IMG/VR virus record: IMGVR_UViG_3300028653_000011 | Direction: 5' to 3' (one strand) | From: a virus | Taxonomy: Duplodnaviria > Heunggongvirae > Uroviricota > Caudoviricetes | Length of the DNA stretch: 64,000 bases | In this document: piece after piece, positions 7,847 to 17,834 of the stretch | Position numbering within the stretch: the stretch's first letter is position 1 | How the letters are laid out: each line of letters opens with the position of its first letter | The notes under the pieces: generated by a model | The model's database searches: none | What the model was told of the DNA's origin: nothing | The model's input: only the letters and a program-made list of their open reading frames with translations | Position numbers and translations under genes: made by a program

Positions 7847-8517
7847 GGGGCCTCCTTGTTGGCGCGATCGAGGTCAGCGACGGTGTCGATCGCCGTCCAC
7901 TTGGTCGGAAACACCGACGATACCTGCAACGCCCAGTGGTTGATCAGTTCCCGCCACACGTCGTAGAAGTCGGCAGAGCGCCATGTCAGCGCCTTGACGC
8001 GGGCCGGATTGATGATCTGAATGCCCGAGCAATAGACGTCGGTCGGTTCGGTGCGGCTGATCTTGCTCACGTAACCGGGAGTGTCATGGAAGATGTAGTC
8101 GCCCGCTAGGCCCTCGACGGGCCGCGCCGGCACCAACATGCACAGTGGCTGGCCCCGGCGAAAGTAGTCGATCTCCAACTCGGGTAGGTTGATGTCGGTG
8201 ACGTTGTCGCACGTCAACACCAGGGTGGGTTCGTCGAGGTAACCCAGAACGCTGTTGTGAATCCACCACGAGTTGGAGTGACCCGCAGTATTGACGACGG
8301 AGCTGATGCCCATGTCGATGACGTAGCGGCCCACCTCGCCCCCGCGGTAGCCTACGGTGACATGGACATTGGGCACCTGCTGCTTCACCTTGGCAATGCC
8401 GTGCCCAATCAAGGTGGTGTCGAGGTAGGGTGCCATGGGCTTGGCGGTGTGCTGCGTCAACGGCATCATCCGCTGGCCCCGACCCGCTGCCATGATGACG
8501 ACGTGGTTGATCTTCAC
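7843..8517 (-). CDS. Sugar-phosphate nucleotidyltransferase
   Basis: 'MAAGRGQRMMPLTQHTAKPM', C-terminal 'WTAIDTVADL'. Confidence 0.9.
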   Translation of the reverse strand: MKINHVVIMAAGRGQRMMPLTQHTAKPMAPYLDTTLIGHGIAKVKQQVPNVHVTVGYRGGEVGRYVIDMGISSVVNTAGHSNSWWIHNSVLGYLDEPTLVLTCDNVTDINLPELEIDYFRRGQPLCMLVPARPVEGLAGDYIFHDTPGYVSKISRTEPTDVYCSGIQIINPARVKALTWRSADFYDVWRELINHWALQVSSVFPTKWTAIDTVADLDRANKEAP

Positions 8518-9458
8518 GGTAGCGCCGGTTGGTCGGTGAGCAGGGTGCGAATCTCGGCATGTGTCAACTTCACTGCGTTGGCCGACGAAGGGGCATGGAC
8601 CAGCGGAAAGCCGGTGGGCGGTACGTGCAAGCCGATGACGTAGTACTTGCGAGCGTCCAAGATGACTTCACGGGCCCGTGACAGCTCAACATCATTGACC
8701 AAGCATTCATCGTCAGCATCGCCTGGCCGCGATTCTCCTTGCACCCAAGCACCTCCGAATAGTTCCGTCCATACGTTGAGTACGTCGCAGACCTGCGCTG
8801 CCTTCATAGGCTGCGACAACACGGTTCCACGCAGTTGTTCAATGTGACCGATGCAGGTAGTGACCAAGTTGACGGCATCGTCAACGGTGAAGAAGAAGCG
8901 ACGCATCTTGGGACCTGTCGACACTACGTTGGCACCCATCGCTCGCCACGCGTGAAAAACCGATCCCGTCGACCATACCACGTTGCCGTACCGTACACAG
9001 GCAAAACGGGTCGGCGTCGGGTGCGTGTCAAGGCCACAAAACAACCGTTCCATAGCCGCTTTTGACAGGCCGTAGGTGCTAGTGAGTGGCCGCGACGCTT
9101 TGTCAGTTGACACTCCGATGACCAATTCGGTGCCGAAGTTGAGCGCAGTCCGTGCGACGTTCTGTGAACCCACGATGTTGACGTCTAAGCACTCCAACGG
9201 ATGACGTTCTGACCAATCGACGTACTTGGTCGCCGCCGCATGTATGACGATGTTAGGTTTGATCTCATTGAAAACGTCACGAACCGAGTTGACATTGACG
9301 ACGTCGAGTGGGTAGGCATCGCAGCCCGTCTGGCCTTCGGCCTTGCGTAGAGCCGCATTGTTACGACTGCCCAACACCACGTGATAATGGTCCTTCAAGG
9401 CCATGGCAAGGTTCCTGCCCAGGAACCCTGATCCACCGGTGATGAGGAGAGTCTTCAT
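8514..9458 (-). CDS. NDP-sugar 4,6-dehydratase/epimerase (CapD/PseB-like SDR)
   Basis: 'ITGGSGFLG', 'IHAAATKYV', 'STDKA', 'YGLSKA', 'VRYGNVVWSTGSV', 'RPGD'. Confidence 0.9.
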   Translation of the reverse strand: MKTLLITGGSGFLGRNLAMALKDHYHVVLGSRNNAALRKAEGQTGCDAYPLDVVNVNSVRDVFNEIKPNIVIHAAATKYVDWSERHPLECLDVNIVGSQNVARTALNFGTELVIGVSTDKASRPLTSTYGLSKAAMERLFCGLDTHPTPTRFACVRYGNVVWSTGSVFHAWRAMGANVVSTGPKMRRFFFTVDDAVNLVTTCIGHIEQLRGTVLSQPMKAAQVCDVLNVWTELFGGAWVQGESRPGDADDECLVNDVELSRAREVILDARKYYVIGLHVPPTGFPLVHAPSSANAVKLTHAEIRTLLTDQPALP

Positions 9459-9489
9459 ACACCAACCATACTACTCGAACACGTGGTGT

Positions 9490-10080
9490 TTAAGGGCGAC
9501 CCACCAACACGTAGGGATGTGCAGCGTCGCCCTGTTCGAGCAACCGCAGGCCATTCGCCAACAAGAATGGAATGGCGGTACCGCCCTTGCCTTCATAGGT
9601 GCCGTCGGCACCCGGGTGGGTGTCATCGAAGAGGACGAAGGCCGTCGTGTGCAGCTTAGGGAGCAATGCCTGCGCCTGCTTCAGGTGGGCGAGCTGTGAA
9701 TTGACGTTGGTGCGTTCAATGCCGTGGACGTCGCGGTAGCGTGCGGCTTGAGCCAGCACCTTGGGTACGTTCTCGACGCCAGGAGAACACCAGTCGAAGT
9801 TGTCGAGGTAGGCAAAGGCGATGGGCTTGCCGGTGAACAGCGTCAGGAAGTCCTCACCCTTCGCACAGACGGCGTTGGTAGTCAGCGTCTTGCCCCACGT
9901 GACGACGACAGGATCGAGGTCACAGGTATAGAAGTCGATGCCGCGTGCTTTGCAGAAGGCGTCGAGGTAGCGAGTGGAGCCCTCACCGCGACCCTGGTGC
10001 TCAGTGCCGATCTCGATGACAGAGACGCCAGTGATGTTGGCGAGGCACTCATCGATGAGTGTGAATTTAGCAGCTCCCAT
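9490..10080 (-). CDS. Class I SAM-dependent methyltransferase-like
   Basis: Likely ATG at 10080 with GGAG; 'VIEIGT', 'FAYLDNFD', 'LFDDT', 'GKG..AIPFL'. Confidence 0.75.
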   Translation of the reverse strand: MGAAKFTLIDECLANITGVSVIEIGTEHQGRGEGSTRYLDAFCKARGIDFYTCDLDPVVVTWGKTLTTNAVCAKGEDFLTLFTGKPIAFAYLDNFDWCSPGVENVPKVLAQAARYRDVHGIERTNVNSQLAHLKQAQALLPKLHTTAFVLFDDTHPGADGTYEGKGGTAIPFLLANGLRLLEQGDAAHPYVLVGRP

Positions 10081-10417
10081 CGTCGCTCCACAACAACAAG
10101 AGCCGTCCACGCGCTTTTGAGGCACAATCGGCATACACTCGTTGTGGATCACTGTCTCGAGACCCAACAACCGCAGTGACAGCGATGCAACTGGGTCGAG
10201 ATTCACTGCTTAAGCCCGGGTGAGCATAGTTGGCAATGTCACTGATTACCTGCAATGTTTGCACGTCGTCATTAGCAATGTGCAACACAACCTCAACACG
10301 TGACCTATCCGTGCACGCATTGCAGAGCCCATACAGTGACTTCAACAGTTGTTGAGGACGGTCACGAGTGGGCACTATGAGGGAGACTTGAGGTGTGTTC
10401 ATTGTAGCTCCAGACAT
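10067..10417 (-). pseudogene. Truncated GT-A glycosyltransferase (N-terminal half only)
   Basis: 'VSLIVPTRDRP...VEVVLHIANDD...GRLLLLWSDD' aligns by eye with 13326-14039 and 28785-29492 but stops 3 codons after the WxDD motif. Confidence 0.6.
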
Positions 10418-10474
10418 CAGTTCAATCCTACTCTAACACACGTGATTGATCAAGTGACATCTTTTAACGGCAAA

Positions 10475-10500
10475 TGCCCGATCCCTTTCGAGATCGGGCA
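10475..10500 (-). terminator. Intrinsic terminator after the lipoprotein gene
   Basis: Minus strand TGCCCGATCTC-GAAA-GGGATCGGGCA followed by TTTG. Confidence 0.65.
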
Positions 10501-10521
10501 CACCGAGACAAGTCGTTGAGT

Positions 10522-11646
10522 TTAGTTGCAGAGTGGTTGAAATGGGCCACCCGTGCCCGTGATGATCAGTGCGAGGCCGTTAGCACTATACGTGAACACG
10601 TAACCACCAGATGAAACAGGACACTGGTAATCAAGGGGATTCGCATCGTTCGAATTGTAGCTGCACGTAGTGCAGTTGGTGATGCCACCAACAGTGGCAC
10701 ATACTTGCCCGTTGTTGATGGTATATGTCCATGGACCACCGGTCCATGCCGTGCCAGTCTGATACACGTTCGATACATCCATGGTGTGATCACATGACAC
10801 AGGCGTGTATGAAGCGTCTACCGTCACCTCGTTAAAGGTGAAGGTGAACGTCTGGTACGCGGGCACCCCCGACACCACGTTCTGGAGAATGACAGTCGAC
10901 GTCCATGGCAACCCGCCACCAATCAGTGCCGATGCAGGAAGGGTGCCCGCGAAGGATGCGGACGTTCCCGTGTTGAAAGCGTAGTCGTCTTGCGCGAAGG
11001 TGCCGACGGACAACTGTGTCACGACGTAAAGTTGCGCCGGTGTGGAGCCGTCAGTGAAGACGGCGTTGCCGATCAATTGTATGACGCCGCCGTCGATGGC
11101 CTGTTCACTGATCGACGAGGTGTCGACGGTGTAGTCAGGGGCGAGGACGGCAGTCGACGACGAGGTGCTCGACACCACGACGTTGTTGATGTTGACGGTG
11201 TCAGTCACCGTCGTCGGGTTGGAGCTATAGACGATGGTCACCGTGAAGTCGTTCGAGAAAGTCGACTCCGACAATTCGGCGTTGGCATCGAAGGCGCCGA
11301 ACGACACCGGAGATGACAGGAACGAGGCACCGAGTGAAATGTTGCCGGCATAATAGTTACTGCCGTCGTAGAGGTAGGTGATCGTCAGTGAACATGACGG
11401 GTCGTTGAGCTCGACCGACAGCGTCGCCGGGACGACGGATGACACTTCGAGGGGCAGTGACCACTGACCTGAACGAGCGGCACAGCCGACATAGTTGCCG
11501 TAGACGGCGTCGAGGGTGATGTGGCTCGGACCAGTGCTGTCGGCAGAAGCGATTGCGTGAACGACTTCGGCATGCGAGTTTGGCCCACAGGCGGCGAGCA
11601 CCGCCACGAGGGTGAAGAGGATGACTTGCTTGATCGAGTTCGACAT
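10522..11646 (-). CDS. Ser/Thr-rich beta-strand lipoprotein
   Basis: AAGGAG SD, MSNSIKQVILFTLVAVLAA-C lipobox, Cys-containing C-terminal domain, own terminator. Confidence 0.85.
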   Translation of the reverse strand: MSNSIKQVILFTLVAVLAACGPNSHAEVVHAIASADSTGPSHITLDAVYGNYVGCAARSGQWSLPLEVSSVVPATLSVELNDPSCSLTITYLYDGSNYYAGNISLGASFLSSPVSFGAFDANAELSESTFSNDFTVTIVYSSNPTTVTDTVNINNVVVSSTSSSTAVLAPDYTVDTSSISEQAIDGGVIQLIGNAVFTDGSTPAQLYVVTQLSVGTFAQDDYAFNTGTSASFAGTLPASALIGGGLPWTSTVILQNVVSGVPAYQTFTFTFNEVTVDASYTPVSCDHTMDVSNVYQTGTAWTGGPWTYTINNGQVCATVGGITNCTTCSYNSNDANPLDYQCPVSSGGYVFTYSANGLALIITGTGGPFQPLCN

Positions 11647-11726
11647 GATGAGTGGCTCCTTGGGGGACGTGAGGGCAATCCTCACCTTTCCCGAGCACCC
11701 ATCCTACCTCAAACAGTCGCTAGTTT

Positions 11727-12683
11727 TCACTGCTTCTTGCTCACCGCTCGACCCGCCATTTTCTCCCAATCACGGTGTTCTTCAGGAATCACTTCGAGGT
11801 TTTTCCGCCACACCGCTTCCATGACAATTGGCTTGACATCATGCTGCTTTGCGACAGCAATGAGGGCATTCAGATCCTTCGGGAAACAATGCCCGCGTGC
11901 GCCAGGAATGCCATCATGACCTGGTGTGTCCATGTGTGTGCTACCCAGACGCTTGTCATACTTTGCATACTCAACAACTTTGTCAACATCAACATCAAGC
12001 CCGCTTTTATCAAGTGCATTGCAAATCTGCGCAAGTTCACAACTCAAGACGACGCGCACTGCCAAGTGAATGTTGGTATAGTACTTGACAAGTTCGCTGG
12101 TAGTGCTCGATGTCTTGATGATGGGCACGTTCGGGAAAGTTGACTGAAAGATCCGTTTGACGTCGTTGATCCAGGGTCGTGGTCCGCCCAAGACAATGCG
12201 ACTTTGATTACGCATGTCATTGAGTGCATTGGCCTCGGTCAAAAACTCCGGACAGTGAATCACGTGGAGGCCCGTGCCCTCGAATTGCTTGTTCCACCGC
12301 TCCGTCGACCCGGGCGGCACCGTCGACTTGATGACAGCAATGCGGTCGACACCACCTGCAACCGCTAGTTCTTTCAGCGCTCCCTCGACGATTGATGTAT
12401 CACAGCTACCATCTTCATACATCGGCGTCGGCACGCAGACGAAGTAGACGTGTGAGAAACCGTCGATGCGACTGCACGACTGCACCAGCTCGTTGACCGA
12501 CCTGACGTCTTCCGCGCTGCAATCACCAGCCATCCGGGTGATTCGCGCTGGTGTTGCCCCGTGGGCCAACTTGCCCGCCTTATCGTAGACGTAGGCGGTG
12601 AGGCCCCGTTCGGCCAACACAGTCGTCAATGAACCCCCAACGAAACCTTGCCCAATTACCGCAACGCTCTTCGCACTCTTCAT
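11727..12683 (-). CDS. UDP-glucose/GDP-mannose dehydrogenase family, lacking the C-terminal domain
   Basis: 'IGQGFVG', 'CVPTP', 'IKSTVPPG', 'PEFLTE', 'GHCFPKD'; start MKSAK at 12683. Confidence 0.9.
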   Translation of the reverse strand: MKSAKSVAVIGQGFVGGSLTTVLAERGLTAYVYDKAGKLAHGATPARITRMAGDCSAEDVRSVNELVQSCSRIDGFSHVYFVCVPTPMYEDGSCDTSIVEGALKELAVAGGVDRIAVIKSTVPPGSTERWNKQFEGTGLHVIHCPEFLTEANALNDMRNQSRIVLGGPRPWINDVKRIFQSTFPNVPIIKTSSTTSELVKYYTNIHLAVRVVLSCELAQICNALDKSGLDVDVDKVVEYAKYDKRLGSTHMDTPGHDGIPGARGHCFPKDLNALIAVAKQHDVKPIVMEAVWRKNLEVIPEEHRDWEKMAGRAVSKKQ

Positions 12684-12690
12684 GCGACGA

Positions 12691-13329
12691 TCATACCCCG
12701 CTCCACAACCAATGTTTCTGCTCCCACAGCCATTCGCCAATGCCCTGGCGATCTCGCAGCTTCATCCAGTCGTCCCTGTGTTCGATGAAGTCCGCATACG
12801 TCATGTCGTCCATCGACTTGCCCGTGGTGATCGTGTCGGGGTTCGCACCCACCCGAATCAGGCCCGAGCCAAAGTCCCAATCGGCGGTGACCATGTCGAG
12901 GTCACCGCGCTGGCGCAGCTCGGCGAAGACGCGCCATGCCGAGCCACACTTGACGTTGAGCAGGCTCTCGTGCTGTGCCGTCGGTGGGCTACAGTCATGG
13001 AGGATCAGGGTACCTCCGGGGGCCAAGCACGCCAGCGCATTCACTGCATCGCTCATCGCCTGTGCGTGGCGGTGATCACCGTCGATGAACACCGCATCGA
13101 ACTTGTCGGTGTTCTGCGCGAAGAAGGCGTCCGACGTCATCCGGTGGGTGCCGCCCTCGATCATGTCAACGCCGACCTTGCGGGCACACTTGACAGCGTC
13201 GAAGGTCTCATTCTTGCGGCAACCGATCTCGAGGTAGCTGGCGTGCTCAAAGAAGTCAACGACCAGCACGATGAGGTCGGTGCGGTTGCGGCACGCGTCG
13301 GCGCGGGTGAACAATTGATCGTAGATCAC
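12691..13329 (-). CDS. Class I SAM-dependent methyltransferase (Methyltransf_24-like)
   Basis: 'YLEIG', 'TSDAFF', 'FDAVFIDGDH', 'GGTLILHD'; GTG start overlaps the upstream stop. Confidence 0.88.
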   Translation of the reverse strand: MIYDQLFTRADACRNRTDLIVLVVDFFEHASYLEIGCRKNETFDAVKCARKVGVDMIEGGTHRMTSDAFFAQNTDKFDAVFIDGDHRHAQAMSDAVNALACLAPGGTLILHDCSPPTAQHESLLNVKCGSAWRVFAELRQRGDLDMVTADWDFGSGLIRVGANPDTITTGKSMDDMTYADFIEHRDDWMKLRDRQGIGEWLWEQKHWLWSGV

Positions 13330-14039
13330 GGCGGCGCGCTCGCTTGTTGTGCCGCCCACAGTGCCTTCAACTTGGCATTGTCAGTGGCAATGGCCTGTAG
13401 CAGTTCGGGTTGCCTCCACATGCCCTTCGTCGTGGGCCACCACTGCTTCGCCTCCATGCTGGTCTTGTCACCCGCGGCGATCAGCTCCAGTCCCACGTGC
13501 TTGACGGTGATCGCCGAGTCGCGGAAGACCTGAGGCAGGTCCTTGAGCACCTCAATGACGTAGGTGTCGTTGTGGGCCGACAGCGAGAAGTGGCCCAATG
13601 CCTCCCAGTACGAGCGGTGGACGATCGGGAATAGGTAGCTGTCGCGGCCCCGCGAGTCGACGAGGCCCGACTTGACGTAGCACAGCCTGCCGTCGTCGTG
13701 TTTGGCCAGCTCGGCGTCCCAAGCCGGTGTCAGCATCAGCGCATCGTCGTTCCACAGGAACAAGAAGCGTCCCTGTGCAATCTCACACAGGCGGTTGTAG
13801 TACAGGTGCAGGTCGGCGTAACCATTGCCCCTCGGGCCCACCACGACCGACACGTGAAACTTGCAGCGCACCGACCTGAGGCAATCAATCGTCGGCCGAT
13901 CATCATCGTCGGCCCTCACCAGCACCTCGACGTCGGCCGCATTGGTGACGGTCTGCTCCAACGACGCCAACGACGCCTTGAGCTGGTCAACGCGGCCGCG
14001 ACTGGGCAGCATCACTGACACCAGGCGGGTGCCGCTCAC
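13326..14039 (-). CDS. GT-A glycosyltransferase
   Basis: 'VSVMLPSRGR', 'RADDDD', 'FLWNDDALM', 'FPIVHR', 'HNDT'. Confidence 0.8.
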   Translation of the reverse strand: MSGTRLVSVMLPSRGRVDQLKASLASLEQTVTNAADVEVLVRADDDDRPTIDCLRSVRCKFHVSVVVGPRGNGYADLHLYYNRLCEIAQGRFLFLWNDDALMLTPAWDAELAKHDDGRLCYVKSGLVDSRGRDSYLFPIVHRSYWEALGHFSLSAHNDTYVIEVLKDLPQVFRDSAITVKHVGLELIAAGDKTSMEAKQWWPTTKGMWRQPELLQAIATDNAKLKALWAAQQASAPP

Positions 14040-15310
14040 TTGGGGCCCTCACCCAACCTGATGACGGTGACACCCGGTCGATCGGACACGTAGCGGTGTG
14101 GGTCGATGACGGTGCTGTCCGGTGGATAGGGCCAGTCGGCGAAGACCTGGTGGCGAGTGCCGATGAAGTAGACGCCAGCGTCGGTGATGGGTGCGGCACC
14201 GTCGACGATGGGATCGACCATGGTGACGTGGACGCCGCGCTCGCGCAATACGCTCTGGAGCAGGCGAGAGGGGCTGCCTGTCACCAGGTTTGTCTCGGGC
14301 TTGAAGGCCTTGCCCATGATGTAGACGGGTGCCGAATTGAGGTGCCCGGCATTGAAGTCGGCGATCGCCTCCTCGACCAGGTCGGCGAACCAATCGGTCT
14401 GCTTCTCACGCGACAGCATGACGGCCTCGAAGAAGTCGAAGCCCATGTCGACCCTGCGGGCCAACCACGACAGGGCGATGTTGTCGCGCGGGTGGCAGCC
14501 CCCGCCGTCGCCCATGCCCGCTGTCATGTAGCGTGGACTGATCAGGCGTTCGTCGGCCAGTTTCAAGGCGTCGGTGACGGCGTCGACGTCGCAGCCCGTC
14601 TTGTGACACACCTCCATCAGGGTGTTGACGAAGGCCAGCTTGGTGCTGATGAAGGTGTTGTAGGCGACCTTGATCATCTCGGCGTTGTTGATCGTCGTCC
14701 GGTAGAAGGGCCGCTGGTGGATCGTCTTGTAGAACTGCTCGGCGAGCTGTGCGGTGTTGGGGTCATCGACGCCGAAGAGGACGAACTCCGGGTGAGTGAA
14801 GTCGTAGATCGTCGTGCCCATCGCGATGAAGGCGGGATTATAGCATAGCTTGATACCAGGATCAAGGAGTGGCCTGATTTCCCGCTCGATAGTACCAGGT
14901 AGAACGGTTGAGATGATGACGACGTTAGCCTCGGCCTTATGTCCATAAAGGCGATTGGTGTTGAGTGTGTTTGAGATCAGTTTCACCGCCTCCTTGAGGT
15001 AGGAGTAGTCGAAGTCAACTCGCTTGTGGGGCAACCGGGTGATGCCCTCATACTTAGCATGATGCGGCGTCTGTACCGCGACAAAGATGAGATCGCATTC
15101 GTTGATGAGGTCGCTCACACCGACCAATCTGATGTTGGTCTTATCAAGTAACGCCTGCGCACCTACCTCATGATAGGGCAATTTGCGGGTGTTGAGGGTG
15201 GTGACTGTCTGTTCCCCCGGATCATAGCCCATTACCGTATGACCAAGTTGCTCCATCGCAAGAGCACAAGGCAGACCCAACTTACCCAGTCCCATCCAAC
15301 CGATTTTCAT
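14036..15310 (-). CDS. UDP-glucose/GDP-mannose 6-dehydrogenase family
   Basis: 'GLGKLG', 'AVQTP', 'ISTVLPG', 'YNPAFIA', 'GGGCHPRD', 'GKAFKPET'. Confidence 0.93.
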   Translation of the reverse strand: MKIGWMGLGKLGLPCALAMEQLGHTVMGYDPGEQTVTTLNTRKLPYHEVGAQALLDKTNIRLVGVSDLINECDLIFVAVQTPHHAKYEGITRLPHKRVDFDYSYLKEAVKLISNTLNTNRLYGHKAEANVVIISTVLPGTIEREIRPLLDPGIKLCYNPAFIAMGTTIYDFTHPEFVLFGVDDPNTAQLAEQFYKTIHQRPFYRTTINNAEMIKVAYNTFISTKLAFVNTLMEVCHKTGCDVDAVTDALKLADERLISPRYMTAGMGDGGGCHPRDNIALSWLARRVDMGFDFFEAVMLSREKQTDWFADLVEEAIADFNAGHLNSAPVYIMGKAFKPETNLVTGSPSRLLQSVLRERGVHVTMVDPIVDGAAPITDAGVYFIGTRHQVFADWPYPPDSTVIDPHRYVSDRPGVTVIRLGEGPK

Positions 15311-15446
15311 TGAGACCTCACGTTATCATAGTAAACCGAGCACGATGACGTGGATTCTACGTACATTCCGCCATACATAATCTCATGCTCAAGGCACAGC
15401 TACTTCCGATCGTCGAACAGCAATAGGATTGTTGATCTACGTGTGG

Positions 15447-16250
15447 TTAATACGACTGTTCAAGATCTACTAACTCATTCATCATCTCAACCATCGATGG
15501 AACATTGAGTTTCGCGTTGAGCGATTTGACAGTGACCAGCGATCGATCACACTTGACCGGCGTTATAGTTGGGATAATCGTCAAACCCAAGTCCCACGCC
15601 TCATTGATGAGGCAGATCAGATCGTGCTTAGTGATGACGTGTGGCGCATGAACGTGGAAGGTGCCGGGTTGGTAAAGGTCACCCACAATAATATCACGGA
15701 ACGCTCGCGCCAACACCCGCGTCGTCACACCGTTCCAGACGTGGTTAGTGTAACCCTCAATTGTTTGCCCACGTTGTGACATGACCCACTCGAGCAACGA
15801 CAACTTGCCACGTAGCTCGTGACCAATGATGCTGGTGCGAATGACCATTGCATTGCGGGGTTCGCCGCACGCCTTTGAGAGTCCGTAATCATCTTCTGCA
15901 TCAGGGGTGTCGTTTTCGCTGTAGCCTCCGACTCGACCCGAAAAGACGCAGTCCGACGTCACGTGGATCAACTTGGCACCTACGTGCGTACATTGGGCCT
16001 GCAATAACCATGGAAAGATGGCATTGACCATGAACATCTCGCGGCGAGGGGCGAACTTGTTCTGCTTGATGATGCCGATGCAGTTGATGACGTAATCGAC
16101 ATCATGAATCATGTCCAAGGTAGGTTCCAGGGCGTTGAGTTGACTACGTCGGACAGCTTTCACTTCAAGCGTAAGTTCGCGCGACAATACTTCGACCACG
16201 GTGTGGCCCAACATGCCGGTGTTGCCCAGGACGATGACCCGGATCGTCAC
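15447..16250 (-). CDS. dTDP-4-dehydrorhamnose reductase (RmlD)-like
   Basis: 'LGNTGMLG', 'TSDCVFSG', 'YGLSKACGE', 'IRTSIIG'. Confidence 0.9.
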   Translation of the reverse strand: MTIRVIVLGNTGMLGHTVVEVLSRELTLEVKAVRRSQLNALEPTLDMIHDVDYVINCIGIIKQNKFAPRREMFMVNAIFPWLLQAQCTHVGAKLIHVTSDCVFSGRVGGYSENDTPDAEDDYGLSKACGEPRNAMVIRTSIIGHELRGKLSLLEWVMSQRGQTIEGYTNHVWNGVTTRVLARAFRDIIVGDLYQPGTFHVHAPHVITKHDLICLINEAWDLGLTIIPTITPVKCDRSLVTVKSLNAKLNVPSMVEMMNELVDLEQSY

Positions 16251-17185
16251 GTGGCACCCAAGACTTCGTGGATCACTCGTGGCACTGACATCCAACCCTC
16301 AGCAGACCGTATCACATCGACAGACGTATGTGCAATATCATCGGCTTCGGTGCAGCTCAGTGACGCAATCCGGTTAATTGATGCGACAGCACTATCAACG
16401 GTAGTGAAAGGTACGATCAACGGAATCCTGCCGATGCCCCACAGGGACCCCTCGTCGTCGGCCTCGCGCATTGAAAAACACCCGCGCGCGGCGACTTCAA
16501 TGTCGCGTTGCCACAGTGCGTTGTAGTCGGTGACCCGGCATTGACCATGGCCCGCGTCGATGAGCCAATCGATCTTATCACACCTAATGACCAGCCGCGA
16601 CGATGATAGTAGCTCCAAGTAGCGCGCGAACGTCGGTTGCACGGGCACTACTTCAACGTTGATGCCGCGCTGTTTCAATGCATCAAAGAAGGTCACGCGA
16701 CGGGGGTACAGGGTACCGCAAAAGATCGCTTTGTGCGCACGCTGTGACCAAGGTGCCGGCGGCGTGCAATACTTGGGCAGCGTCCACACCTGAATGAACC
16801 GCGATGGGATGCCCGCTGACCGTACCAGAGCCGCCCACCAGTGTGACATGTTGAGAAACGTCAGGGGTGATAGGCACGCGTTGATCTTGGCGTAGGAGCC
16901 GAAGTACGGCGAGTCGACCAGGAAGTTCTCCCAAGTGTCTTGTTCGTAGATGAACGAGCGCGTGCCCCGTAGAGCAGACGAGACCGTTTGTAAGTTGTTG
17001 ACCAACGTCCTCAACCTCAAACGACTGATGACGGCGGAGCCGATGGGAATATCACCACGTTCGAGCTCGGCGAGCGTCAAGCGCTTGACATTGAACGACG
17101 CGTCGAGCACCTCCGTCAACTGGTGTTGGTAACAGTTGGTCGCTACGTAGTCGAGGTTGTCAACGATGTCGTACAGCTCAACCAC
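16247..17185 (-). CDS. Divergent GT-B glycosyltransferase-like
   Basis: 'FCGTLYPRR..FF..L', 'YLELLSSSRL', 'RDIEVAARGCF' resemble C-terminal GT-B (CgeB-like) motifs. Confidence 0.6.
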   Translation of the reverse strand: MVELYDIVDNLDYVATNCYQHQLTEVLDASFNVKRLTLAELERGDIPIGSAVISRLRLRTLVNNLQTVSSALRGTRSFIYEQDTWENFLVDSPYFGSYAKINACLSPLTFLNMSHWWAALVRSAGIPSRFIQVWTLPKYCTPPAPWSQRAHKAIFCGTLYPRRVTFFDALKQRGINVEVVPVQPTFARYLELLSSSRLVIRCDKIDWLIDAGHGQCRVTDYNALWQRDIEVAARGCFSMREADDEGSLWGIGRIPLIVPFTTVDSAVASINRIASLSCTEADDIAHTSVDVIRSAEGWMSVPRVIHEVLGAT

Positions 17186-17834
17186 GTTTGAACCTCACGC
17201 GCTCGATGTAGAGGGTACCCGTCTCATCCTTGATAAAGGCGCTGGGGTAGGGGTGCTCACGGCACCTGATGAAGTCGTAGAGCTGTTGGCACGTAAGATG
17301 CTGCAGGCGGTCATGGGTAAGTTCCCCGTCCTTGGGTTGCAAGCGTTTTCTGGGAGCTACGTAGCCCACCTGAGGGTGTTCTGCAACGGTGGGCCAGTCA
17401 CGGATCAGTTGGCCCAGCAGATCACACGTCACATACGTCAACCGAGCGAACACGTCGTCGAGGTGACCCTCCAACGACAATGGACACTTGTACAACACGG
17501 CTCCCCCGTCGAGCTGCGTCGCCGCCCGAAACAGTGTGGCTTGGGTCTCGGTCACCCCGTCGATGATTTGGTGTTGCAGCGGTGAGCCACCAGCGTAAGC
17601 AGGTAGGTCGGACGGGTGTACTACGACGACGTAGTGGTCGACGGTGTGTTGGGCAGGTACGATCCAGCTCCAACCCACTAGGGCGACGACGTCCCACGCC
17701 TCTTCACGTAGAGCAGCGTCGAGGGCCTTCGGAGATTCCACCAGCTCGATGTCAACCCCTCGCAAACGTTGCAGTTCGGTGTAGGCTGCATGGGCCCAAC
17801 TCCTGTATCCGGCGAACAACAGTTTCATCGTCAT
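17178..17834 (-). CDS. Formyltransferase (Fmt/sugar N-formyltransferase fold)
   Basis: 'GWSWIVP', 'HPSDLPAYAGGSPL', 'LDGG', 'IRC..PYPSAF'. Confidence 0.85.
   Translation of the reverse strand: MTMKLLFAGYRSWAHAAYTELQRLRGVDIELVESPKALDAALREEAWDVVALVGWSWIVPAQHTVDHYVVVVHPSDLPAYAGGSPLQHQIIDGVTETQATLFRAATQLDGGAVLYKCPLSLEGHLDDVFARLTYVTCDLLGQLIRDWPTVAEHPQVGYVAPRKRLQPKDGELTHDRLQHLTCQQLYDFIRCREHPYPSAFIKDETGTLYIERVRFKRG

Noticed and set aside
12598-14848. Long plus-strand ORFs (12598-13533, 14096-14848) and similar antisense ORFs elsewhere
   Set aside because: They are shadows of GC-biased genes on the opposite strand and have no motifs.
17178-17834. Methionyl-tRNA formyltransferase (fmt)
   Set aside because: It is short, lacks the full C-terminal domain and lies within a sugar operon, so a sugar formyltransferase is more likely.
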